Assembly: GCA_964445575.1 (NCBI GenBank)
Contig: CAYULB010000004.1
Span: 21,631-75,467 of the forward strand
From: an uncultured Eubacteriales bacterium
GTDB lineage: Bacteria > Acidobacteriota > Aminicenantia > Aminicenantales > Aminicenantaceae
Direction: 5' to 3'
DNA length: 53,837 nt
Numbering within the stretch: position 1 is the stretch's first letter; each line of letters starts with the position of its first letter. The translations under genes and the position numbers were made by a program. The notes beneath the pieces were generated by a model. It did no database searches and was not told the DNA's origin. It saw nothing but the letters and a program-made list of their open reading frames with translations. This document shows, one piece after another, positions 37,847 through 47,005 of the stretch.

Positions 37847-38305
37847 TCACTTGAAAACATGCTTTTCCAACGCTCTTTCTCTTTTTCTGAAGTTCTCAAA
37901 GTCCTTCTCTAAAATACTGAGTTTTACTCTCAGGTCCTCCAGCTCGATTTTGAGTTTAGTCAGCTCCACCACAATGTTATGACAGAGGCCGTACAGGAGC
38001 TTGATATACTCTTTTTTCCTCTCATCACCCTCCTCCTGTTCCAGTCGGTTCAAACGGTCATAGGTTTCAGCCGTTAAATCCTGATAAGACTCAAAGATCA
38101 GGGCCTTTATAAACGGCCGGAAAGGCCTTGCTGATTTGATCAAGATGTTTTTAATGAAAGATTTCATAGTGCTCCCTTTTTCTTTTTCAGAGACCAGAGC
38201 ATCTTTTTGTGGAGAGGAAGTCTTAGGCCGGGATGTCTTCTCTTTGATCTGCCTCATGATATCATTGACATCCACACTGCTGTAATCGATTTTGATTTTC
38301 TTCAT
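37847..38305 (-). CDS. Hypothetical coiled-coil protein
   Basis: Heptad-rich C-terminus; co-oriented and tightly packed with the GT4 genes. Confidence 0.65.
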   Translation of the reverse strand: MKKIKIDYSSVDVNDIMRQIKEKTSRPKTSSPQKDALVSEKEKGSTMKSFIKNILIKSARPFRPFIKALIFESYQDLTAETYDRLNRLEQEEGDERKKEYIKLLYGLCHNIVVELTKLKIELEDLRVKLSILEKDFENFRKRERALEKHVFK

Positions 38306-38526
38306 TATTTTTTGGGCTTAAACATCATATCTTCCCAGACACCCATGACATCCTTTATGCCCAGATTAGGTTCCAGCTTCATTTCTTGGATCTCTCTGAT
38401 TTCTTTTTCTGAAATCACTCCCTTTCTTTTTTTCTCAGCCAGTTTTTTCTCTATTTCCTGGATCAGTTTTTTATTCTCTTCCTGGGTCAAAGACCTAATC
38501 TCCAAAAAATCTATTTCATCTCCCAT
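38305..38526 (-). CDS. Small hypothetical charged helical protein
   Basis: AGGAG RBS; 1-nt overlap with the next gene. Confidence 0.6.
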   Translation of the reverse strand: MGDEIDFLEIRSLTQEENKKLIQEIEKKLAEKKRKGVISEKEIREIQEMKLEPNLGIKDVMGVWEDMMFKPKK

Positions 38527-38650
38527 ATTTTTGACTCCTTCCCAGCATTTTAATCAATTTGAGTTATCAATTCAATTTGTTCTTTCTCCCGCCCGAGGTT
38601 TGCATTATAATACCATATCTACTTCCAATTTTCTTTTAAAGGCTGAAACC

Positions 38651-39130
38651 ATGAAAATGAACATCAGGAATAAAGTCAGGATCGGAGTCATCGGAGGAGC
38701 CAATCCCTCTTCTGAGTTCCGGGAAACCGCTTATAAATTGGGGAGGGCCATTGCTGAAAAAAATGCGGTTTTGGTATGCGGAGGTTTGAGCGGAGTGATG
38801 GAAGCAGCTGCCAAAGGAAACAAAGAGGCCGGGGGCATCAGCATTGGGATACTTCCGGGAAACTCCACTAAAGACGCCAACCCCTATATTGATGTCTCCA
38901 TTGCCACAGGCATGGGTTACTCCCGGAATTCATTGGTAGTGATGAATTCAGACGTACTCATCGCCGTAGACGGACAGTACGGCACTCTCTCTGAAATCGC
39001 CTTTGGATTCATTCAGGATAAAAGAGTCATCGGACTGGGGACCTGGGATATAAAAGGAATCATCAAAACTGATTCACCTGAACAAGCCGTGGACCTGGCT
39101 CTCAAGCCTTACTTTCCATTGGTCCGCTGA
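38651..39130 (+). CDS. TIGR00725-like LOG/Rossmann-fold protein
   Basis: IGVIGG, CGGLSGVMEA, GILPG, RN, GQYGTLSEI. Start moved to ATG 38651. Confidence 0.85.
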   Translation: MKMNIRNKVRIGVIGGANPSSEFRETAYKLGRAIAEKNAVLVCGGLSGVMEAAAKGNKEAGGISIGILPGNSTKDANPYIDVSIATGMGYSRNSLVVMNSDVLIAVDGQYGTLSEIAFGFIQDKRVIGLGTWDIKGIIKTDSPEQAVDLALKPYFPLVR

Positions 39131-39140
39131 AACCAAAAAA

Positions 39141-39872
39141 ATGAAAAATTATAAGATAACGGTCTGTTATGACGGCACTGACTATCACGGCTGGCAGATC
39201 CAGCCCCGGAAAAAGACCATTCAGGGCCTTCTTGAAAAGGCACTCTATCATTTCAAATCACAGAGAATCACTGTAACAGGAGCCGGGAGAACAGATGCGG
39301 GAGTTCATGCAGCCGCCCAGGTGGCCCATTTTAAAGCTGACCTGAATTATCCAGAAGATGAGCTTCAGCGGGCCCTAAACGGGAATCTTCCTCCAGATAT
39401 TCGGGTCACTAAGGTAGAAACCGCAGATAGGGATTTCCACTCCAGAAAGCACGCCAAATCAAAAATATACCAGTACCGGATATTCAATGCTCCGGATATC
39501 ACTCCCTTTCAAATCAGATATGTTCTGTACCATCCAGGTCCTCTGGATTTAAAAAAGATGCAGGAGGCGGCTTTTTTGTTCAAAAGAAAAGATGACTTCA
39601 CTTCCTTTTCTTCCAACAGGCTTCTCAATCCGGTAAAAAAAGTCATGCATTCACAATTCATAAGAAAAGGGAAAGAGCTTATCTATACTGTAGAAGCTGA
39701 CGGGTTTCTGAAATACATGGCAAGAACCATGACAGGAGCACTCATTGCTGTGGGCGAAGGAAAGATAGCTCCTCCTCAAATTGACACCTTATTTAAAGAA
39801 AATAAACGCGATCCTCTCATCCCCACAGCCCCTGCCAAAGGTCTCTGTCTTATCAAAGTTAAATATTCTTGA
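39141..39872 (+). CDS. truA: tRNA pseudouridine(38-40) synthase
   Basis: YDGTDYHGWQ, GRTDAGVHA, TAPAKGL. Confidence 0.95.
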   Translation: MKNYKITVCYDGTDYHGWQIQPRKKTIQGLLEKALYHFKSQRITVTGAGRTDAGVHAAAQVAHFKADLNYPEDELQRALNGNLPPDIRVTKVETADRDFHSRKHAKSKIYQYRIFNAPDITPFQIRYVLYHPGPLDLKKMQEAAFLFKRKDDFTSFSSNRLLNPVKKVMHSQFIRKGKELIYTVEADGFLKYMARTMTGALIAVGEGKIAPPQIDTLFKENKRDPLIPTAPAKGLCLIKVKYS

Positions 39873-40287
39873 TCATCACCACCGCGTCTTCTCTGGGATT
39901 GCTGTAGTAATCTTTTCTGATTCCTGCTTCTTTGAATTCAAATTTTTTATACAAAAAGCGGGCAGAATTATTAGACTCTCTGACTTCTAAAACAACCAAC
40001 CGGGCTCCTCTTTGCTTCACAATCCTCAGCATCCTGCTCAGGACCGAGCTTCCCAGTCCTTTCCTTCTGAAATCCGGATGAAGCGCAAAGTTGCTGATCT
40101 GGACTTCCTCCCCGATCTGCCAGAAAATAATGTATCCCACCACACTCTGGGTTTCAGGGTGTATGATTACATAGGGGAAAGAAATATCATAATTTTCAAT
40201 CTCCCCTTCAAAGGAAGCCCTGTGCCAGGGATTTGCAAAAGATTTCTTTTCTATCTCCATGACCCTGGGAAGGTCCTCCTGGTTCAT
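39859..40287 (-). CDS. rimI: Ribosomal protein alanine N-acetyltransferase
   Basis: GNAT motifs RRKGLG, LEVRESN, RKDYY..PREDA; follows tsaB. Confidence 0.9.
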   Translation of the reverse strand: MNQEDLPRVMEIEKKSFANPWHRASFEGEIENYDISFPYVIIHPETQSVVGYIIFWQIGEEVQISNFALHPDFRRKGLGSSVLSRMLRIVKQRGARLVVLEVRESNNSARFLYKKFEFKEAGIRKDYYSNPREDAVVMIKNI

Positions 40288-40327
40288 TCTGCGAAGATAA
40301 GGGGAACACCGGGAAGATAAGGGCTTG

Positions 40328-41008
40328 TTAATGATTTTTCTCCGCCTGCGATTTTCTTAAATATAAAGGTTTTAATTCTCTGAAATCAAGACCTTTTTTT
40401 TCTTTTAAAATCCTGCTTCCCAAAACCCCCACTTCATAAGCTGTGAACAAACTTCGTGAAGAAAACCTGGCTTTGTCTTTAAAATACTGGAATATCTTTT
40501 TTTTATAAGCTTGAGACCCGCTTCCAATAAAATGAATAAACCGGTTGGAAGGAAGCTGGGATAAAAACACATCTGGAGAAGTGCAGCCTTGAGAAATGAT
40601 TTCTTTCATTTCTCCTCCCTCCTTCTCATACAGGGCTGCATAGATTTCCCCTTTTTTAGCATCTATGAGGGGACAGAGCAGCTTATGGTAAGGACTTTTT
40701 ATCTTTAAGGCCAGAGCCTGCAGAGTGGAAACAGGAGCCACAGGTTTTTTTGTCACATAAGCAAAAGATTTGATAGTGCTCATCCCGATTCTTATTCCAG
40801 TGAAAGAACCCGGGCCCACGGCCAGTGCAAAGCCGTCGATATCCTGGAGCTTCAGTCCTTTAAACCGGAGCATCAGGTCCACTGCAGGAAGAAGTCTTTC
40901 TGAATGAGTGAGAGAAGAAACTGAATTGACTTCTGCAATCAGCACTTCATCCTTCAGCAGAGCTGCAGAACCGGCAAAGGAAGTGGTGTCTAAGGAAAGG
41001 ATGAACAT
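40328..41008 (-). CDS. tsaB: t6A biosynthesis protein TsaB
   Basis: LSLDTT, HSERL, GPGSFTGIRIG, DAKKGEIY, PLYLR. Confidence 0.95.
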   Translation of the reverse strand: MFILSLDTTSFAGSAALLKDEVLIAEVNSVSSLTHSERLLPAVDLMLRFKGLKLQDIDGFALAVGPGSFTGIRIGMSTIKSFAYVTKKPVAPVSTLQALALKIKSPYHKLLCPLIDAKKGEIYAALYEKEGGEMKEIISQGCTSPDVFLSQLPSNRFIHFIGSGSQAYKKKIFQYFKDKARFSSRSLFTAYEVGVLGSRILKEKKGLDFRELKPLYLRKSQAEKNH

Positions 41009-41011
41009 TTT

Positions 41012-41557
41012 TCAGCTTCCTTTCTGTTTTTTGCCAAAAGCAAATAATCCCCCGGCCTGATAAATTTCTCTCTGAACCGGACTCATAGGCTCCAGTCCAA
41101 AGTCCTGATTTTGTGAGAGATTTTTTGCCTTCCCGCTCTTCAGGTTAACCTCTGCTTTATCTCCGGTATTGAGAATTCCTTTTCCGGCCAGCTCCTCGAT
41201 TCCAGAATATTTTAAAACCGGAAAACCTGAATTCACTGCATTCCTGAAATATATGGCACCGAAGGAGTGAGCCATGATCAGGCTTATTTTCAGGGCAGCA
41301 AAGCAGTCCACAGCCTGCTGTCTGGATGAGCCGGCACCAAAATTTCTTCCCGCCACCAGCATATCCCCTGGCTTGGCTTTGGATGAGAAATCCTTCCATC
41401 CCTCCAGGTTTCCCAAAGCATACCGGCCCATCTCTGAAACCTCAGTTATATGAAGATAAGCGTTGTGATAGATCTGATCGGTATCAATATCTTCAATCAG
41501 CTTCCCGCTCTCATCTTTTAACACCCACAATCTTCCTCGAAAAACAAATTCACTCAT
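41012..41557 (-). CDS. LeuD/HacB-type dehydratase small subunit (pair 2)
   Basis: DIDTDQI, AGRNFGAGSSRQQA, IYFRNAVNSG, AGGL. Confidence 0.85.
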   Translation of the reverse strand: MSEFVFRGRLWVLKDESGKLIEDIDTDQIYHNAYLHITEVSEMGRYALGNLEGWKDFSSKAKPGDMLVAGRNFGAGSSRQQAVDCFAALKISLIMAHSFGAIYFRNAVNSGFPVLKYSGIEELAGKGILNTGDKAEVNLKSGKAKNLSQNQDFGLEPMSPVQREIYQAGGLFAFGKKQKGS

Positions 41558-42808
41558 CTATAGATCCTCCGGACCGGCAATCCTTCCCAGCACACAGGAG
41601 GCGGCCACCACCTGAGGACTCGCCAGATAATTTTTTCCTTTTCCCTGTTTTCCAGCAAAGTTTCGGTTTCCTGTGCTGATCTGGGTTTCCCCTTTCCCGG
41701 TTAATCCTATATGGCCTTCAGCACACCCCCCACATCCAGGATTGCTGACCACAGCTCCGCTTTCAAAAAGCAGGTCTAAAATCCCTTGTTTTAAAATCTC
41801 GGAATACACTTTCCGGGTAGCAGGAACTATTTTTAATACCACTTCTTGCTTGACCTTTCTCCCTCTGAGCACCTCAGCCGCAGCTCTCAAATCCTCGGTG
41901 CGGCCGTTGGTGCAGGAACCAATAAATCCTGAATCAATCCGGACATTCCTTAAGTCCTTGACATCTTTGACATTGGTAGGCTGAAAAGGAACTGCTGCTT
42001 TAGGGGTGAGTTCAGATACATCGATTTCAATCACTTCCGAATACTGAGCTTTCTCATCCGCCTGAACAGGCACGTACTTTATCCCGGCTAACGATTCCAT
42101 CTCTTTTAAAAATCCCTGGTTCACCTCAGGAATAAAACCAATGATACCAGCCATCTCAGTCACCATGCTGCACAGGGTTATGCGGCCTGACAAGGAAAGG
42201 GTTCTGACCGGTTCCCCGTAGAATTCTATGGCTTTGAGGGCGGCGGCTCGAGTCCCCAGCTTACTGAGGATGAATAAAGTCAAATCCTTGGCTGAGGCAG
42301 ACGGTTTGACCTTTCCTTTTAGAATAACTTTGACAGTCTCAGGGACTTCAAACCAGGTCCTGCCGGTTTTAAAGGCAAAGGTGATGTCCACATCTCCCAT
42401 ACCCTGGCCAAAACTCCCCACCGCCCCCAGTATATTCAAGTGGCTGTCCGTGCCCACCACTGTGCTCCCCGGAACTGCATGACCCTTTTCTATGAGAACA
42501 TGAGAGCCGATTCCCTCATCCACATCATACACCCTGATTCCTTTTTTCCGGGCAAACTCACGGCATATCTGCTGATTATCCGCATATTTTATAGAACAGG
42601 CAGGCACCGAGAGGTCAAAGGTAAAAAATGTCTTATTGCTGTCCTCAACCGGTTCATCTCCATATTCTCGCTGAAAATTCTTCACCACATTGGGACCGCC
42701 GAAATCCCGGGCTGAGCGCACATCCAGAGTCATCCATACTATGCGTCCTGGCCGGACCTGCTGCTGGGTGTGGCCGCGGATGATTTTTTCAATAACCGTC
42801 AAATTCAT
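41558..42808 (-). CDS. LeuC/HacA-type aconitase-family large subunit (pair 2)
   Basis: GTDSH, GSCTNGR, PGCGGC, STGNRNFAG, LASP. Confidence 0.88.
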   Translation of the reverse strand: MNLTVIEKIIRGHTQQQVRPGRIVWMTLDVRSARDFGGPNVVKNFQREYGDEPVEDSNKTFFTFDLSVPACSIKYADNQQICREFARKKGIRVYDVDEGIGSHVLIEKGHAVPGSTVVGTDSHLNILGAVGSFGQGMGDVDITFAFKTGRTWFEVPETVKVILKGKVKPSASAKDLTLFILSKLGTRAAALKAIEFYGEPVRTLSLSGRITLCSMVTEMAGIIGFIPEVNQGFLKEMESLAGIKYVPVQADEKAQYSEVIEIDVSELTPKAAVPFQPTNVKDVKDLRNVRIDSGFIGSCTNGRTEDLRAAAEVLRGRKVKQEVVLKIVPATRKVYSEILKQGILDLLFESGAVVSNPGCGGCAEGHIGLTGKGETQISTGNRNFAGKQGKGKNYLASPQVVAASCVLGRIAGPEDL

Positions 42809-43010
42809 TTTATCTGGCCTCTTTTATCTTCCCAATCCTACCATAAAAAACAGTCCCGTGATACCCGTTCACCTATTTTTTTTCTATTCTTTTTTCTCTT
42901 GTCTTTCCTTCAATGCTCCATATGTTTTTACTTCTTAAATATGGATTCAAGAATGGATATTATCTCTTTTCTTTGCCATAATAAAGAATAAAAAAAGCAG
43001 ATTCTTTACA

Positions 43011-43589
43011 ATGAAACCGCTGTCCCCAACTGATTATGAACTCGTACAACAGGTAGCCCAAAAAGACCTTCAGGCTTTTCAGAAATTGGTCCATCGCTAC
43101 AAGCGTATGGTAACCAATGTTTGCTTACGCCTTACTGGAGACAGGGAGAATGCCGAGGATGTAGCTCAGGAAGTATTTTTTAGGATCTATCAGAAAGCCA
43201 AGACTTTTCACGGCAGAAGCAAACCATCAACATGGATTTATCAGATTGCTGTAAACTGTTCTCTCAATTATCTGAGAAAGCAAAAAAAGTCTAATCCCGA
43301 AAAATCTCCTTTTGCTTTCCCAGAGGACCCGCATAAAGTCCCGGCGCCCCCTCATATTTCTCCAGATAAAGCTCTGGAACATAAAGAGGATAGGCAGCTG
43401 ATCCAAAAAGCTCTTGACTCACTCCCCTTAAAACAGAGAACAGCTTTTATTCTTCATCACTGGGAGGGTCTTTCTTATCAGGAAATTGCTGATATTCTTA
43501 AATCATCACTTCCTGCTGTGGAATCCAGAATTCACCGTGCAAAGCGCTCTTTAAAGGATGCGCTCCTTTTTATGGTGAAAAAAAAATAA
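43011..43589 (+). CDS. ECF RNA polymerase sigma factor
   Basis: AEDVAQEVF, STWIYQIAVN (region 2); LSYQEIADIL..VESRIHRA (region 4). Confidence 0.93.
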   Translation: MKPLSPTDYELVQQVAQKDLQAFQKLVHRYKRMVTNVCLRLTGDRENAEDVAQEVFFRIYQKAKTFHGRSKPSTWIYQIAVNCSLNYLRKQKKSNPEKSPFAFPEDPHKVPAPPHISPDKALEHKEDRQLIQKALDSLPLKQRTAFILHHWEGLSYQEIADILKSSLPAVESRIHRAKRSLKDALLFMVKKK

Positions 43590-43595
43590 ATCAAA

Positions 43596-43624
43596 CGCAA
43601 GTTTTTTTGAATACTTGTGTCTAA
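43596..43624 (+). promoter_or_regulatory. Possible ECF-dependent promoter before the anti-sigma gene
   Basis: CGCAAG-N16-TGTCTAA in the 56-nt intergenic gap; bipartite ECF-like appearance only. Confidence 0.3.
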
Positions 43625-43645
43625 TCAAATGGAGAGGAAATTAAA

Positions 43646-44125
43646 ATGAAAAACAGGAAGCTTTGCCGGCAGGTCAAAATCCACCTGCCGGATATTGTGG
43701 AACCATCGTCCGATTTGCCTCAAAAAGAGTTCCTTCTATCTCATGTCAAATCCTGTCCCGACTGTCTTAACCTGGTTAATGAATTTTCAAGGTTATGGAG
43801 ACAGCTTGAATCCCCCCCTGAGATAGAACCTTCTCCAGACTTCTCTCAAAGAGCCGTTAAAATGATTGAAGAACATGAAGCCACAAAATTTCGCCCAGGA
43901 ACCGTTTTGACAAGATTAAGACCTTTACTCAAGGCTCTTCCTGCTGCGGCACTCATTGTCTTGGCTGGACTGATCGGTAACTTCCTGGGAGGGGGAGATA
44001 CTGAAATAAAGAAAGACTTCTCTCGGGAATTTGTGACTGAATACTTCAATAATCTTGATGAGATCCCTTCGGGTTCTTTTGCTGACGCCTATCTTTATTT
44101 AGACCAAGGAAAAAGGAGGAATTGA
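43646..44125 (+). CDS. Zinc-binding (ZAS) transmembrane anti-sigma factor
   Basis: HVKSCPDC (HxxxCxxC), one TM helix, downstream of the ECF sigma. Confidence 0.85.
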   Translation: MKNRKLCRQVKIHLPDIVEPSSDLPQKEFLLSHVKSCPDCLNLVNEFSRLWRQLESPPEIEPSPDFSQRAVKMIEEHEATKFRPGTVLTRLRPLLKALPAAALIVLAGLIGNFLGGGDTEIKKDFSREFVTEYFNNLDEIPSGSFADAYLYLDQGKRRN

Positions 44126-44682
44126 AAGTGAAAGCAAAAAATAAACTCATGACTTACGGGCTTGTTTTCCTGATTGCTGTTAACATAACCGCTCTTTTGA
44201 CCTTGGCTTATAACCGGCTGTACATCCAAGAAAAGCAGCCTCCAGAAGCAGACCCTGCCCGCGCAGTAGAGGCTGTAAAAAAAGAACTCCAGCTCACTCC
44301 TCAGCAGACTCACAAAATGATCGACACGCGCAACTCCTATCAAGAACAAATCCAACCTGAGATGCTGAAAATTCAGGAAAAAAAGAGAATTCTTTTTGAG
44401 GAAATAACGAAAGATAACCCGGACCTAGCCCTCATCAACAGTTACATCGATGAAATAAGCCATCTTCAAGCCGAGATACAAAAAAAGGCAGTAAAGAATC
44501 TTCTCAAGGAAAAGTCCATTCTCAACAAGAACCAGCAGAAGCATTATTTCTCTCTATGCGAACAGCATGTCTGCGGACAAGGAAAGGGGCTGTCTCATTC
44601 CCATGGAAAATCTTCTCCAGAAAAAGAGAAGATGGAAAACAAAGAAAGCCCCACATGTTTCAATAAAATCTTAGATCATTAA
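44122..44682 (+). CDS. Spy/CpxP-like periplasmic (heavy-metal sensor type) protein
   Basis: N-terminal TM anchor, LQLTPQQ and ILNKNQQ LTxxQ-type motifs. Confidence 0.75.
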   Translation: MKVKAKNKLMTYGLVFLIAVNITALLTLAYNRLYIQEKQPPEADPARAVEAVKKELQLTPQQTHKMIDTRNSYQEQIQPEMLKIQEKKRILFEEITKDNPDLALINSYIDEISHLQAEIQKKAVKNLLKEKSILNKNQQKHYFSLCEQHVCGQGKGLSHSHGKSSPEKEKMENKESPTCFNKILDH

Positions 44683-44706
44683 AGAAAATTATTAGGGAGG
44701 TCAAAA

Positions 44707-45246
44707 ATGAAAAATGTTAGATTGTTTATCCTAGGAATACTGGTGCTATCACTGGCGGCTTCTATGCCTCTTATGTCTCAAAAGGCTTCTGAAAAACCCA
44801 TGATGCATCAGAAAATGACTCAAGAAATGTCATGCCAAAACCAGCTGAACCTGACTGAAGAACAGCAGGAAAAAATCCAGAAAATGAAGCTTCAGCATCA
44901 AAAAGAAATGCTCGCCCTCCAAACAGAACTCAAGACCAAAAAACTGGACCTTCGCGCACTCAAAACAGAAAAAGCTGATTCAGCTACGATCAATGCGAAG
45001 ATCGACGAGATTGCTGAGGCTCAGGCAGCCATCCAGAAAAAAGCCTTTGCTCACCACATGGAAATAAGAAACATCCTGACAGATGAACAGAAGGAAATCT
45101 TTGATAAAATGCCTCACTCTTGCGGAATGACCCTAGGGGTCGGTTTCATGAGTCATGGACACGGTTCCAGCTGCAGGAGTCACTCCCATTCTGGAATGCA
45201 CAACACTCAAGGAATGAAGCATTCAGGCACAGCCCACAAGAAGTGA
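44707..45246 (+). CDS. Spy/CpxP/ZraP-like periplasmic protein with His/Met-rich termini
   Basis: Signal peptide, LNLTEEQ and ILTDEQ motifs, HGHG..HSH..H tail. Confidence 0.8.
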   Translation: MKNVRLFILGILVLSLAASMPLMSQKASEKPMMHQKMTQEMSCQNQLNLTEEQQEKIQKMKLQHQKEMLALQTELKTKKLDLRALKTEKADSATINAKIDEIAEAQAAIQKKAFAHHMEIRNILTDEQKEIFDKMPHSCGMTLGVGFMSHGHGSSCRSHSHSGMHNTQGMKHSGTAHKK

Positions 45247-45312
45247 GTTTGCTGAATTATTAGAGATCATTAAAGCCTGGATTTTAAAAAAGGCCCCTTT
45301 TCCTTTATTTGG

Positions 45313-46428
45313 CTACAGCTTCTCTGCCACTGCCTGGGCGACATCTAAAGTAGAAGAGATGCCGCCCAGGTCATAGGCTCTCACTTTCCCTTCACGGATC
45401 ACTTCGGCCACAGCTTTCTCCAACCTGGCTGCTTTTTCATCCTCGCCCAGCCAATCAAACATCATTTTTACAGCCAAAAGCATGGCCGTGGGATTCACTC
45501 TATACATGCCAGTGTATTTAGGAGCTGAGCCATGGGTAGGTTCAAACACAGCATAGTCATCGCCTATATTTCCACTGCAGGCAAATCCAAGACCGCCCAC
45601 TAACTGCGCAGAAAGGTCAGAAATAATATCTCCGAACAGATTCTCTGCCACCAGAACCGAATAATCTTGAGGATTTTTCACCAGCCACATAGCCATAGCA
45701 TCCACATTGGTCTCCCAAAACTCCACATCAGAATATTCCTTAGCGATTTTTCGTGCGATATCCAGGATAAAACCACCAGTCTCTCTTAAAACATTGGGTT
45801 TTTCCACTATAGTCACAGACTTTCTTTTGTTTTCTCTGGCATAGTCAAAAGCTTTTCTCACAATCCGGGTGCAGGCTTTTCGAGTCATGATGCGGGTGGA
45901 CACTGCCATATCATCATTGGGTACATCCATAAATTTTTTCATTTTGGGATGGATAGAAAAGGCATTTTTTATTTCTTCGGGAATGGGATGCCATTCCACC
46001 CCAGCATACATTCCCTCGGTATTTTCACGAAAAATAACCAGATCAATGTCATCGCGGTAGTTTAAGGGATTTCCGGGATAAGCCTTGCAGGGCCTTAAAT
46101 TGGTAAAAAGGTCAAACTCCTGCCTCAGCCGGACAATCGGGCTGAAATAGACAAATCCCTTTCCTTTTAATGAAGGATCCAGTTCTTTGTCTGCATCCTC
46201 TTTGGGTTTGGAAGTGATGGCCCCAAAAAGACAGGCGTCTGTGTCTTTTAAAAGTTTAACGGTCCTCTCCGGAAGAGGATTTCCTTCTCTGCACCAGAAC
46301 TCCCACCCAATATCCCCTTCCACATATTCTGCATCAAACTCGATTTTTTTCAGCACTATCATGGCTGCTTCCATCACATCTTTTCCTACTCCGTCACCGG
46401 GAAGCACTGCGATTTTATATTTGGCCAT
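45313..46428 (-). CDS. Isocitrate/isopropylmalate/homoisocitrate dehydrogenase family protein
   Basis: LPGDGVG, NLRP, RENTEGMY, ENLFGDIISD, FEPTHGSAP; AGGAGG RBS. Confidence 0.92.
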   Translation of the reverse strand: MAKYKIAVLPGDGVGKDVMEAAMIVLKKIEFDAEYVEGDIGWEFWCREGNPLPERTVKLLKDTDACLFGAITSKPKEDADKELDPSLKGKGFVYFSPIVRLRQEFDLFTNLRPCKAYPGNPLNYRDDIDLVIFRENTEGMYAGVEWHPIPEEIKNAFSIHPKMKKFMDVPNDDMAVSTRIMTRKACTRIVRKAFDYARENKRKSVTIVEKPNVLRETGGFILDIARKIAKEYSDVEFWETNVDAMAMWLVKNPQDYSVLVAENLFGDIISDLSAQLVGGLGFACSGNIGDDYAVFEPTHGSAPKYTGMYRVNPTAMLLAVKMMFDWLGEDEKAARLEKAVAEVIREGKVRAYDLGGISSTLDVAQAVAEKL

Positions 46429-46459
46429 AGCCTCCTCCTTTTTTTGACATAACTTTTAT

Positions 46460-46508
46460 CATTCGCCATTTACCATTCACAATTTACCATTTCTCATTCA
46501 CAATTTAC
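46460..46508. repeat. Degenerate heptamer tandem repeat (7 units)
   Basis: CATTCGC CATTTAC CATTCAC AATTTAC CATTTCT CATTCAC AATTTAC. Confidence 0.75.
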
Positions 46509-47005
46509 TGTTTGCTTTTTTCTTTTAACTCATTTTTTGTATAAGGTATCAGTCCTCCGGCATCCAGGATCCTCTTTACAGAATCGGGAAGAGGTTGGAA
46601 GGAAATTCTCCCGCTCCTTGTGATAATCTCATTTTTTCCCCAGTCAATCCCTGCTTCCTCTCCCTTTTTCAATGTATCGGCTGCTTTTTCTGAAATAACC
46701 ACCGGAAGACCCTGGTTGATAGCATTTCTGAAAAATATCCGGGCAAATGATTTGGCTATCACTGCCTGAACACCAGCGTATTTGAGACAGGATGCAGCCT
46801 GCTCCCTCGAACTTCCGCAGCCAAAATTCTTCCCCGCCACAATCACATCCCCTGGCTTGACCTGAGAAGCAAACTCAGGGTCTAAATCCTCCAGGGCATG
46901 CGAGGCCATCTCCTCTTCATCCATGGGCGTGTAAGTATATTTCCCAGGAAAGATCACATCTGTATTAATGTCATTCCCGTATTTCCATACTTTTCCTTTT
47001 TTCAT
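46505..47005 (-). CDS. LeuD/HacB-type dehydratase small subunit (pair 1)
   Basis: [36 protein letters not shown]. Confidence 0.9.
   Translation of the reverse strand: MKKGKVWKYGNDINTDVIFPGKYTYTPMDEEEMASHALEDLDPEFASQVKPGDVIVAGKNFGCGSSREQAASCLKYAGVQAVIAKSFARIFFRNAINQGLPVVISEKAADTLKKGEEAGIDWGKNEIITRSGRISFQPLPDSVKRILDAGGLIPYTKNELKEKSKQ

Noticed and set aside
38207-38650. N-terminal extension of the TIGR00725-like protein
   Set aside because: Antisense to two minus-strand genes; the domain begins at ATG 38651.
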